This document shows positions 53,101 to 64,000 of a stretch of 64,000 nucleotides of DNA, one piece after another (position 1 is the stretch's first letter; each line of letters begins with the position of its first letter). This DNA comes from Antedon mediterranea (lineage: Eukaryota; Animalia; Echinodermata). The notes beneath the pieces were generated by a model. The model saw nothing but the letters and a program-made list of their open reading frames with translations. It was not told the DNA's origin and ran no database searches. Both the position numbers and the translations under genes were made by a program. The DNA is taken from positions 16,204,101 through 16,268,100 of the forward strand of contig NC_092677.1 in NCBI RefSeq assembly GCF_964355755.1, read 5' to 3'.

Positions 53101-56100
53101 ATGTACAAAGAAAGGTTTTGACACATACTTGGGACTCTTTGGTTCCTGAATTGCTGATAGATCACCAGTACTACTCTGACCATCAGCATCTGAACCGGGA
53201 GTGGTGCTGCCAGGAGGTGGAGAGGTCACTGTCAGAGAACCTTTGCGGTTACGACTTTTAGCAGAACGCCTTCTAGAGGAACTTGCTGTCTCTGCACCTG
53301 CTCTTGTTTTGTCTTTTCCTTTGAGTTTACCAGTTGGAGTTGGGTGGTCATCCTGTAAGATAGATAAAAATAAATAAAATATTATCTGAACAAAACAATC
53401 ATAGTGTTATGGCGAATAAACACTGGAAGAATAGGAGGAATTCATATATTATTTTGACACCTACAGTGTTGCCATTGTTTTTGACTGACTGTATTGTCTT
53501 TGTCCAGTGTGAACTACTGCACAGTATACAATCATTGCTTTGTTCACACCTTAACAGTCTTTTGTGAATGGACATTTACTTTTATATTCGCCTCAACTTT
53601 ACTTGCCTAGAATTGCTCAAGAAGACGGTTGTTGTATAGCAAAACGTCAAAACATTCTTTACTCATTTCCTTTTGGAAACACATGGTAAACAACAAACCT
53701 GACTTAACTATTAATATTGTTTTAAACTAAGACACAAACCTTTGAGAATCACAAGTTATTTATAATGACTTGCTTGTTTTATATTATTATTTTACTTATT
53801 CCTTTTAGTAAAACATAAAACAAGAGAGCAACGAGGACAGACAAATAATAAAAACCACTCAATAGGGAAAAGAAAAAAACTAAATCTGAAAGTTTACCTT
53901 ATCTTTGAAGGATTTTTCTGGTGTCATTAAATCAATATCTGCTTCAGATTCCTTTTGTTTATCTTCAATGGCAGCATTTCTATTCAAAACACAGATAGAG
54001 TATTAAAATAACTATTAAATTGAAAATGCAATGACTCATTGATTCAATTAACAAGACAATTTTTTTCTCGTCCAACAGACAGTAGGTAACACAACAGTAA
54101 TGACAGATTGAGATTATTGAAAAAAAGTAATGGACGAAGTCAGAATCTCAAAAAAAGAGGAAAATCTTGTGGCGGGATTGCCTTGACAAATTAAAAAATA
54201 TAAACAAAATTAAAAAATAAATAAAATAAAAATAAAGAAATAAAAAAATAAAGATTATACCACAAGATAAAAGTGGAACAAATAAAGTAAAAATAAGCAA
54301 ATAAAAGTACAGTTGCTGGGCATAGTAACGATTAAATTGACTAACGAATAAGTTAATCTGGCAAGTCACGAAACATGAAACAACGACAATGTCAAACATA
54401 TTGATTCAGTACAGAGACAAAAAGGGATCTTTAATTTCCTTTGAGAGTGAATGTGAGGTAGTAGTGAAGGTGCTGATTTAATTAATATTAATGATAATAA
54501 TATATCACATTAAAGAAAATTATCATGACAATAATTTAAAGTTTAATATTCAATCACTTACGGGTCTTCTGGTGAAGAAGCCACAAACACATAGTGGCCA
54601 TTTGCATCCCCACCAATAGGAGGTCGACGTTTGACTGGATACGGAACAACTGAAAATGATGCTCCAGGAGGAATTGGTGGACCATTGGGTCCAAGACCAA
54701 GGCCATCAAGAATCTATATATGAGAGAAAGAGAAACAGTTGAGAAAAAATAAATAACTTGTCAATTACAGGCAAATGTTGACTGCTATCACATATAACCA
54801 TGATGCAGGTTGATGACAGACAGATATGGAATACTTCACATATTTCAATAAAACATGAGCTTTTTATTGGTGTTCTTCCATACCTCTGACATATTAGGTA
54901 GCTTCCCTTGCTGTAGTATTTTATCTCCATACTGGCCTTCTGGCTCTGAAGCATCCATGATTATGTGACACACTCCAATCTCTTCTTTGCCGTCTTCTTT
55001 CTCACCATTATCTTCACCATCTTCAGCAGCCTGGTGAGATACAAAAAAGAAACTGTTATTTTTCTACAGTTAGTAAAGATAAATACAAATTCAGGACACA
55101 AAAACTTTTCCCACCTTCAAGAAAATTCTTAAAGAGCAGGATCTAAAAAGTTCAAAAGAGAAATCCAAATTTTCAACAAACAACAATACCTTCTCCTTCT
55201 CTGCCTTTTCTTTTTCCAGACGTTCTTTCTCTAACCGTTCTCTTTCACGTTCCCTTTCTTTTTCTTTGTCAATCTTTCCTCTTCCCTTTCTTCCTGACGG
55301 TGGGTGCATGGGGATCTCGTCAACATCGGCATCATCAGCATTTGGATCTATGCATATTTGACCTGTATTATGAACATACATAATTGATTACAAAAATACT
55401 CTCGATGTCGGAATATCTAGTCATTTAGCAATGTGTGTAGACATATTTTAATTCATTTCACCTACAGAACAACCTTATCAAGTTTTATTTTCCTTACCAA
55501 TAGTTCTGTCCCATCTATCAAGCAGTTTAACTATATCCTTGAAGCTGTGTTCAAATGCTTTGAACCTGCTGGCTAACAGTAATTCTGCTTCTTTGGCAGA
55601 ATCTTTCTCAGGCTCTGGTTCCGGAGCAGTCTCATTTGATATTGGACGCCTGTCCTTTTTCTTCTTCCTGCAAATTCAAATTATTAATTGGAATTAAAAA
55701 TTTAAGTGAAATAAAAATAAGTAGGTATTGTGATTTAGGCCGTGTTTCTGCAGCCATAACAACAATTATTAACAATTATTTATTATATAATTTTTTAACC
55801 AATCATAAAATAATTAAATATAAAAAGTTCAGAAAAACCAAGTGCCCAATCAAAATTTAGGTCAAAGTTTTAAAAATTTATTTCATTTGAATGAGATAAA
55901 TATTGATTAGGTTTTCTTGAGCGAAATCGGTTAAACCCTGTTTCCACAGAAATTTGTAGCTGCGGAAACAGTTAATTAATTTTATACCACAAATTCCTTT
56001 TTTATTTCGCAGACTAAATTTGTGAGATTTTACTCTACTTACTTGCCAGTTTCTTCGCATTGGGTCTCACTTCCGGCAGTACCATGTGATTCTGGTCTCT

Positions 56101-59100
56101 CTGTAGCATTTGATTGTGTCATCTTGATAGCATGATCTGAAGAAATGATTGAAGGCTCATGCTTAATATCGCCTTTGACCTTTACGCCAATAACGCTTCC
56201 TGTACCAGACATTTTGGTATCTGCAAGCTTCTTTCCAGCAATAGTTTTTCCATCTTTTTCTTGTTGTTTAGCTCCTTTTTTCTTTTTGTTTCTATAAATA
56301 GAAAAACATTTGATAAGGAGACACTTTGTATTGGAATACAACAGGAATTTAGAAGCCAGAATCAGAATCAGAAACTGCAACCATTTTTTGCCTCTGTGAA
56401 ATGGCATACAAATAAGGAAAGGACAACATTAGAATTAATATATTTAAAAAAATTAAATAATTTATAAATTGGAAAGGAAAGAATTCAGAATAAATCTTGA
56501 AAATATTAAATAAATATCCTCACTTTTCATCTTCAAGTTTCTGTAACTCTAAGAGAGCTGCAAGTTCCTTTTCTTTTCTCTCTCTTTCTAGACGTTCTTC
56601 CATTTCCCTGGAGAAAAAAAAAGAATATTTAAATAAAGATATTCTATCAGTACCTAATGATGACCTATGACCTATGACCTATGGTCGAAATTACTAGTAC
56701 AATAAATATTTTGAGGCAGAAACAAGAACTTTGTTAATTTTTATAAATGATCCTGCCTATGCATATTTCTTTCCTTTTAAATAAAGATATATACAGAATA
56801 CAACATAAACATTGTTTGAAAGAAGATGTTCAGCAATATGACAGATGGTATACATACAGTAATTAGGAGTTGTTTATGAAAAGATGACATTTTTTCCGAC
56901 ACTACTGAATAAATGACGTAGAATTCCTAAATTTACTAATTTCCATAAGAATCGTACTTACTTTTTAAGTAACCTCTCTTTCTTTGCTTTGAGTCTTTTG
57001 AGATCAATGGCAGCCTTCTCTTCATCTGGAAGTGCATCATACTCATCTTCAGACATCTCCTCGAGTCTCTGTCTCTCTTCTTCCTCTTGCTGTTTCTCCC
57101 AAAGTTCTTAAATATTTAAGATACAGTAACATTCAGAAAACATCTACCCATTGCATGTTAGTTAAAATCATATATGATAATTATACTGTATGCTCATATT
57201 TACATTACGTGTACAGTCCCATTAGAGAATGTGTTCATTTTTACCCAAAGTTTTTCAAAACTTCGGGTAAATGTCACTTAACCTCCTACTGTGACATGTG
57301 TTTATATAAGTCCAACTTTGATAGGCAGGTCGTTAAACCTTTTGATTATCACCGAATTCTGCTAGTTTTTGCCTGACCATTGACCTTGCATACTGAAGAA
57401 TGTACTTTGTCCTAACCAATCAATTACAAGAGAGCTAATAAAATCACAGGGGTATAATAGGATTCAGGTAATTAATCACCTACTTAGTTGATTTATCTGA
57501 TAAGGATTTTGACCAAAAAGTTCTAATGGGGATGTACACCTAATGTAGCATATACGTGTCATTTATGTAGATATACTAATTTCAATCAGGGATAGAACAA
57601 AATGAAATGTTTATATTCTGTATTCTATAATGATGATTTGTATGCAGAGTATACAAATTGCCCTGATGTAATACTGTATGATGTCCATATATAGTAATGA
57701 CAATTTATTGTTTGGTGTTGGTATGATATCATGATACCCATATATATAATAATCATGTGCCTTTATTTGGTTTTGTCATTACATTTCCTGTTTATAAAGT
57801 TTAAAGAACAAAACCCGTACCTTTTTCTTCTTTTTCACGCTTCTCTCGTGCCTGTAGTACAGACTGTTCCAATTTCAAAGTCACAAAGAAAATGTATTTG
57901 CGGTTATTAAATGCCTTCAGCAAGGCATTTGCAGTGGCTGCCTGATTTGGACTGAACAGTGTTTCAAGGCCATCAAATACAATACCACGATGACAATCAT
58001 TAAGCTAAAATTGAAAAATAGTAGTATTTGAAACAGTGGAAAATTTCTTGAGTGAAGGTGCGTCCAGAGTAATCAAAACAAAAGTAAAAGAAAAGTGATT
58101 TAACAATAGGTCTACTTACAAGAAAACTAAATTATGAACAAAATATAAAATTAACAAAAGTAATTTAATAACAAAGAACTATAAGCATTTTCATTGTTGC
58201 TTTCCCGAGAAAAAGAAAAGGAAATGCCAAATATCTTCAGTGGATTTAGAATTACATGGGTAGATAGACCGTCTTTACTGAAGAGAACAACATTATCAAG
58301 CTTTTAAGGTCCCTAAAGCCAATATTTCAAAATAGTATACTATTCTAAATAAAAAATGTACCTGAAGTCTTTCTGCTAAGATTTCTACAAGTAAATCCTC
58401 AGGCAAAAGACAGCTCATCAAGCCTTCCTCTCCTGCCACACTTGCTGACACACTAAGCCTCCTGGCAATAGGTGCCGCTGGAGGTGGGCTAGCAGAGATC
58501 TGAGTAGCATTGTCTGGCTCTTGGCGTTTGTCTTTTCTGCCTGGCTTTTCAAAGCTTTCAAGCTGTGCGTTGTGAGAAGCCTTGTGACCAGATATTGTAC
58601 TTGTCTTGCGGTTGCTAATGACGCTGTGGGCACCACCAATACTGACAGAACCTATTGAAAAAAAAAAAAGAAATATTATTCAATACATGTATAAATGTAT
58701 ATCTTTTAAATTAAACTTGCAATGAAGTATTTTCAATCTTTTTATGTATACCTCAAGATTTATTCCATACACCGCAAACAGCTAGTAACTCACCAATTCA
58801 GGATGGACATATATTATACTAAATTATATTAAACTAAGTCCCATTTAAGCATTAAATTAAATTATTAGGAGTGAAGTTGAAACAATCTTCAGTTAGAAAC
58901 CGGACACTAGGTCAGGATTGAACCTTGGAAGTTAGGATTAGAAGGTATAACCACAGCTCCGCCACATGTACCAATGTTTAAACAATAGTATCCTCATATC
59001 ATCACACTTTCAAATGAAGCGCAAACCTTCTAACTGCGTTAGACTCTAGGCCACCTTCGACTAAGCCCACATTTAAAAATTGCAACTCTGTAGTACATAC

Positions 59101-62100
59101 CTGACCCTGCACCCATGGCATGAGCTGTTACAGCCTCTACACTAAGGCCTCCTCCTGGCGCTATCATGGGTTGAGTCTCACTGGCATCAGTCTCCTTGGT
59201 GATTTGGGCCTTAGCAGCCTGTGAGCAGAGCTCTCTAGCCTTCCGGCCTGGAACGGAGTTATCATTTGATATGGACTCCATAACAACACCATCAATAGTA
59301 AGGAGAGCTGCCTCATAGTATTTGGCTAGACTGATGGCTGTAGCTGTTTTACCTGAACAAATGATGAGCAAAAGAACATTTAAAATAAATATAATATAAT
59401 TGTATTTAAGTACTGTAGCTTTGCATCAGGGAGTTAAGTAATTGATCAGATGTTTGCCCTACTGTGATGTAATTTTGTACTTTACACTACATTGAGAACA
59501 TAATTCCCACCCCAGAATATACTTTAGTAAAAAGTACAAAATTATGTCAGAGTAGGACAAACATCTGACAAATGGTTTTCACACTTATTAAAATAATAAT
59601 AATAATCAGTAGTTGAATTTGTGTTTTTCAGATTGCAATGCTTTTCAGTTCTGATGATTTCAAATCTAAAAACAATTGTACAATAATTGTTGACATCATA
59701 AAGTATATTATTACCAGATACAGGTGCACCATGAACAATGATAGAAACACCACGTCTCCTCATTGCAGCTTTGCCATCTGGGGAGAGGTCTATGCCAAGA
59801 TGACGGGCAATAGCGGCTGACACTGGGGTTATCTCCTGAAGTTCACCAACACCAAGACTACTCACATCATCCTTCTTATTATCATCTATAAGTTAAATCA
59901 AAGCATTTGAGAGGATTTCCACAAAAATGTTTACACAGGGCTCTCTATACAACTGACACTTGAAAGAAGCAAGAAAGAAAACAGACAGAAGTCAAAAATA
60001 TCTTAGGAAATCTAAACCTGAAAACATACCTTGTTTAACCTGATCCTTCAGTTCTATCAACTTGCCCCCATCAGTCAATTCACCTTCTTTACCTGCTGGC
60101 TTTTTCTCTTGATTGGTGGATAGCTGGGGGCCTGAGCCTACCATGATTGCTCCTTGACCACTTGTTATATCATCAATTGAGCCTGGCTTCTCACCATTTG
60201 TTGTACTACTGTCTTCACCTGTTATTAAATAAACTTTCTTAATGGCCTTCTATATAATTCGACTAAAAGCAAAAAATAACATCTACTTAGTGAAGCATAT
60301 GTACCTTCTTGCTTAGCTGCGGCAGCAGCAGCCGCTTCTTCTGCAGCTTCTCTCTCCTTCTGCTCTTGTTCTTCTACTTTCTTTTTCTGCTCTTCAAAAT
60401 AATCAAGAAGTTCTTGTGGTATTTTATCACCTGCATCTCTAGGTGGCAACAAAATTGTACTGTACTCATCATATCCTTTCATCAAACGAAATATCTACAA
60501 ATACATACAGACAATACATATAAAAACAATGTTTTGGCAAAAAGCAAAAATTGTGCAGCAACATTTTAACCAAGAGGTTTTAATTAGGGAGCTTTCAATT
60601 TGCGACGACAGGCGACCTGATGTCTGTCGTCTATACCAGAAATAACGTTATTCAGTATAGAAATATTAGGCAGGTACATTCCGATCAGAAGCCTATAAAT
60701 CAAGTGATTTAAAATTTGCATAATTGTATAAAATATATGTGAAAACTATTCCAAACCTTTTCTTCTTCCAAATACTGTTTATCAAATTCCAAAGAGTAGA
60801 ACTCTATAGGAAATTGACATGGATTTTTCACCACAACGTCAACTTCATCGCCCTGACTGTGTGGGAGGATTGGACCATATTCAATCAGGGTCTGGCCAAA
60901 TTCAAGCCTAGGCTCTAGGCCTACACCATTTGCCAACAATGTAATACGTTGACTGCTTCTGGCTAGCCGTACCACTATACGTTCTGCATAGACTTTCTGT
61001 ATTTGAAATAAATAATAATAATTAAATAGATACAAAAAAGAGTAAGCAATTTGGGTGGTATAAACAGGTCCTATAAACACCACCAACCACATAAAGATAT
61101 AACACATAATAGTATCACAAGCTCCTAGTTCCCTAGAAGGAGTGAGGTTGATCATTAAGGGATTACTTTGCATGCATTAGTGTCAAGAGTTACACGAGTG
61201 TGATACTATAATCATTGTATGGTGTTTACTAGATCCTGTATAAAATTAATTGGCATTATTGGTCCCTCATAAGCTGTTTAGAGCTCCATAAACTAAAAAA
61301 AGATCAGTCAAATAAGTATAATAACAAACAAGCACGCAGTGGCAATGTTAATAGTTAGGCAAATATTTAGGGCTAAATGTGGATAATGTTACCTCTTCCG
61401 ATGGCATAAACTTGACCTGTACGTTTAGTCTCTGTCCTGGGAAAAGCATGCCTGTTGACGGCATCATTTCAAATGTTCTTGGCTTAGGCCTGTCAGGCTT
61501 CAACTTACGACGGAGATGCATCGGCACATGCTTATCCACCTAATTTTCGATTTAAAGACATATGATAATTATTACTAACTTTTGCTTAAAGGCTTCTCTG
61601 AAACCAGAATTTGATTTCATTAAAGACTCGAATTGTATTCTGAAGAGACACAATTTTTAGGCCCAGAGAAAGGATTTACAAGGATTGCACAAGTTGAAGA
61701 TAAGCAAGCAGCACAGATCGAGCATGCCACAACATATATAAATGAAAATATAATACAGTACAGTTAAAATACAAATGTGTTGTAGGAAACTGCACACTAC
61801 AGTATCATAATAGATCACACATAATCAAGGTAAATATATATATTTTTTTGTCACCATGTAGAATATCTCTCAAGAATGTCCCCTACATCTTAGAAATAAT
61901 CTGAACCTGTGACTTCTTGATAACAAGGTGTGAAACCATTGGATCACAGAGGTCCCAAACAGCTTCAATAAAACTGTCAATTGATTAAATTATTTAAAAC
62001 AAAAACCTTCACCAACAGAACAAAGATTTATTTAAATGTTTATAAATGAATGTAGAAATAAAAAGAAGGGTTACATTTATTACCAAAATAAGATCAATTC

Positions 62101-63757
62101 ATTTTAGAGCAGTATGTACATTCATTTAATGATAGTGACATTGGACAGAAGAATGAAATATTTGTTCACTCAACCACATGACACAAGAAAATAGAGTAAG
62201 CATAAACAAGACCATAGATTTCAGTAATTCTAACATACAGTACAAACAGTACAACATTACTTATAAATACAGTACTACAGTATACATACTGCTAAACTAT
62301 TATGCAACAAAAGATATGAAGGTAAAGAAAGAGTACCAAAGGAACGAAGAATATAGTACATTGCTACTATATAAACATCATAAATACAAGAGTTCATTGC
62401 AAAAACAACAAAGTATATAACGTTACAATTGAGTGAAAATAGCAATACTAATTTTCTTAGCATACTATATCACCATAGACTATCTAAAGCTTTGTCTACA
62501 CTATCAAAGTAGTTGTGATGTGCCCAAATATGGTAGTGATATGACATCATCATGTCCATATATATGGACACATCACATAAAGTTTGATAGCGTAGACAGA
62601 GCCTAATACAGAATGAAGGAACACTATATATAGTCTATGCTCAACTTTTATATATACCTTTTTAGTAGCAGACACTGGTTTCTCCTGAGAAGTCAATTTC
62701 TAAATTTTATTGAGAAACTAACGATTAATTTAATTTCATAATTCACAGGTGTGTAATATAGATATTTATATAACACCTATATAAATTCCTGTCATTTGAT
62801 TGGACGAATGTGGGTCACATGGCGTGCAATAGTACGCACTATTCAACGATCGTTAAATAGTACTTTTTGAAACATTTTTGTTTGTTATTTAGATGTTATA
62901 TAAAACAAATAATGAATGTTTTTTTATTCGTGTAATGGTACAAATAATGGCACTTGGTGAATGATGAAAGGTTATATCAACTCGGCTTTGCCTCGTTGAT
63001 ATAACCTTTCATCATTCACCTCGTGCCATTATTTGTACCATTGCACTCATAAACATTCATTATTTGTATAACAACACTTAGAAGGTGTACATTTTTCAAC
63101 TATTTGTATATCCACAATGCTATATACAAAGTATAATTTCAACCGATAGAATATCCTAACCACTACTAACCTTTTTCTTATCTTTATCAGATGGCAATGA
63201 TGACCATTCACATCGCACATGTTGGTTGTTATGTAACTGGACAGTGATGACCTTACACTGACCGCACTGGACTTCACCAAACTCTAAGGAGTCGGTGGAA
63301 ATCTGCATGTCAGGCATAGTAACATTGGCTTTCAACCTCAAGTGTAAAGATGGCCCGTTAACAATCTAGTTGAGAAGACAAATGAATATTGTAATACAAA
63401 GTTAAGTAATACATGTTTTACTTTTGCACAATTATCTTATATATATAATTATTTTAGTTAATTCAAGAAAAAAATAACTCTACCATAACTGGAACCAAAG
63501 CTTCAAGCACTCCAAGATTCACATTTCCACCTCTAGGGTCAAAACTGACTCTGAAGTCCACTGTCTCATGGTCTGGTGATCCTGGTAGCTGTCTGACCCG
63601 GTCAAGCTCTACATTAAACCCAGTAGCAACTAGAGCGCTTCGGTCAACAGAAAAGGACACAGGAAAATAACCAGTGTTAGTAGCTCTAACAATATGTGTG
63701 CGAACAGTTCCCAGGACAACATATCCAAAATCTAAGAAGTAGTCTGGTAACCGTGCC
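35159..63757 (-). CDS. HYDIN: HYDIN axonemal central-pair apparatus protein, 3' part (gene continues beyond the window)
   Basis: Phase-consistent GT-AG exons in 5'->3' order: 63484-63757, 63171-63365, 61393-61539, 60757-60996, 60305-60494, 60030-60218, 59715-59885, 59101-59352, 58362-58651, 57821-58004, 56962-57106, 56524-56607, 56043-56291, 55498-55667, 55190-55362, 54884-55030, 54562-54713, 53898-53979, 53129-53352, 52737-52919, 52042-52494, 51375-51573, 51068-51267, 50681-50849, 50152-50402, 49221-49307, 47976-48117, 47311-47748, 46790-47023, 46317-46422, 45962-46225, 45483-45757, 45030-45305, 44752-44912, 44065-44340, 43457-43820, 43173-43338, 42391-42538, 42033-42240, 40778-40999, 40192-40361, 39421-39892, 38787-38956, 38519-38654, 37849-38142, 37352-37515, 37038-37188, 36517-36747, 36030-36254, 35159-35644 (TAG). 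Repeated ASH/Ig-like domains (xxFGxV...N.G), adenylate-kinase-like P-loop HGAPVSGKT, and HYDIN motifs FPIEFYSLEFDKQYLEEEK, AIARHLGIDLS, DWDDRLRTVKWVD and C-terminal SWTYYVRG. Confidence 0.96.
38268..38398 (+). mobile_element. Old degenerate SINE (Deu/Nin domain) fragment
   Basis: GGAACAAGTTTTCTTGGATAAGGATATTTTAACTGGAGGTCTAGTG aligns with the SINE core at 42830-42890. A similar remnant lies at ~40480-40557. Confidence 0.5.
38996..39087. repeat. 35-bp tandem repeat, ~2.6 copies
   Basis: TGATAGCTATTGGGAGATATTTAATATTAAAGAAT repeated. Confidence 0.85.
41096..41770. mobile_element. PIF/Harbinger-like non-autonomous element in a HYDIN intron
   Basis: TIRs AGCCTGTTTTCCTGTC / GACAGGAAAACAGGCT extend imperfectly to ~45 bp. 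TTA TSD at 41093-41095 and 41771-41773. Confidence 0.88.
42745..43092 (-). mobile_element. tRNA-derived SINE with Deu/Nin-type central domain and 5 tandem copies of its 5' end
   Basis: Minus strand: A box TGGCCAAGCGG, B box GGTTCGAGGC, then GTCTTCTCGGATAAAGACTATAAACCGTAGGTCC...TTAAAGAACC...AGTAGGGGGTTACCCCGGTGT, which resembles the DeuSINE/AmnSINE core. Confidence 0.82.
47812..47934 (-). pseudogene. Degenerate tandem duplicate (pseudo-exon) of HYDIN exon 47976-48117
   Basis: QEIDSGNHSKLLLGVFTVY / PGYGM / KQVFIQVDCLAKTEK versus QDMGGGNQSRLQLGMFNVYPAYGMVLPGNQVIVQVDCLAETEG. Two frameshifting indels; the acceptor is retained and the donor is lost. Confidence 0.85.
48872..48883 (-). CDS. HYDIN: Candidate 12-nt in-frame HYDIN micro-exon
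   Basis: ccaaag|ATTATCAACAAG|gtaatt. Phase 2/2 matches the flanking exons and gives ...DSMR-LSTR-QDM. Confidence 0.4.
57203..57545. mobile_element. Degenerate Tc1/mariner-like non-autonomous element
   Basis: TA-CATTACGTGTACAGTCCCATTAGA ... TCTAATGGGGATGTACACCTAATG-TA (imperfect 24-bp TIRs, TA TSD). Confidence 0.65.
62488..62603. mobile_element. Harbinger-like palindromic MITE (same family as 7832-7958, opposite orientation)
   Basis: TAA-AGCTTTGTCTACACTATCAAA ... TTTGATAGCGTAGACAGAGCC-TAA. Confidence 0.82.
62658..62699 (-). CDS. HYDIN: Candidate 42-nt in-frame HYDIN cassette exon (KLTSQEKPVSATKK)
   Basis: aatttag|AAATTG...AAAAAG|gtatat. Phase 0/0 like its neighbours, with no stop codon. Confidence 0.55.
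62905..63067. repeat. Long imperfect palindrome, probably the end of a non-autonomous DNA element (~62770-63075)
   Basis: ACAAATAATGAATGTTT...TGGTACAAATAATGGCAC..GGTGAATGATGAAAGGTTATATCAAC / GTTGATATAACCTTTCATCATTCACC..GTGCCATTATTTGTACCA...AAACATTCATTATTTGT. Confidence 0.85.
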
Positions 63758-63869
63758 CTGGAATCAATGATTAAACAAAGGTTAATGTATTGGTAGATGT
63801 ATACAGGTAGATAGATAATTATGAACTAAATAGGAATATTTAAAAGTAGTATATGAATGAGTTACTGTA

Positions 63870-64000
63870 GGTACCCTGGATGCAATACAAGGTACTCAGG
63901 ATAAACATCAATTACCCTGGATACAACAATAGGTACCCTGGATACAACAATAGGTACCCTGGATACAACAATAGGTAACCTGGATGCAATACAAGGTACT
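63870..64000. repeat. 21-bp minisatellite running off the window end
   Basis: GTACCCTGGATACAACAATAG repeated with variants, at least 6 copies. Confidence 0.85.

Noticed and set aside
53611-53652. Third hammerhead-like motif (CAAGAAGACGGTTGTTGTATAGCAAAACGTC)
   Set aside because: Both catalytic boxes are mutated; at best an inactive Penelope-like remnant.
58910-58966. tRNA gene on the minus strand
   Set aside because: Only degenerate A/B-box-like words and no cloverleaf; probably an old SINE head.
35274-60918. Plus-strand ORFs over HYDIN (e.g. 35274-35702, 43397-43738, 56159-56467)
   Set aside because: They are antisense shadows of HYDIN exons with no independent gene structure.

Overview
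AT-rich, intron-containing animal genomic DNA, probably a marine invertebrate (inferred from a Deu/Nin-domain SINE and the protein sequences). Two conserved genes face each other tail to tail: NELFCD/TH1L (+, 12 coding exons resolved, 3315-10503, start exon unresolved) and the 3' part of HYDIN (-, 50 exons plus 2 candidate cassette exons, 35159-63757, continuing beyond the window). Between them lies a ~22 kb island that host genes do not explain. It holds a dense cluster of decayed, co-oriented minus-strand ORFs of unknown family (two diverged paralogues 'X', four copies of repeat-protein gene 'Y'), whose upstream regions carry hairpin modules. The same modules are amplified next door into a 12.7 kb double-hairpin satellite with internal inversions and a ~3.1 kb higher-order period, flanked by copies of a third palindrome. 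Also present: a 5'-truncated L1/Tx1-type LINE with a 14-bp TSD, Kolobok-, Harbinger- and Tc1-like non-autonomous elements, a tRNA-derived SINE with a multiplied A-box, two minimal hammerhead ribozymes in a NELFCD intron, a dead duplicated HYDIN exon, and several tandem repeats. Family assignments come from reading the sequence by eye, not from database searches.
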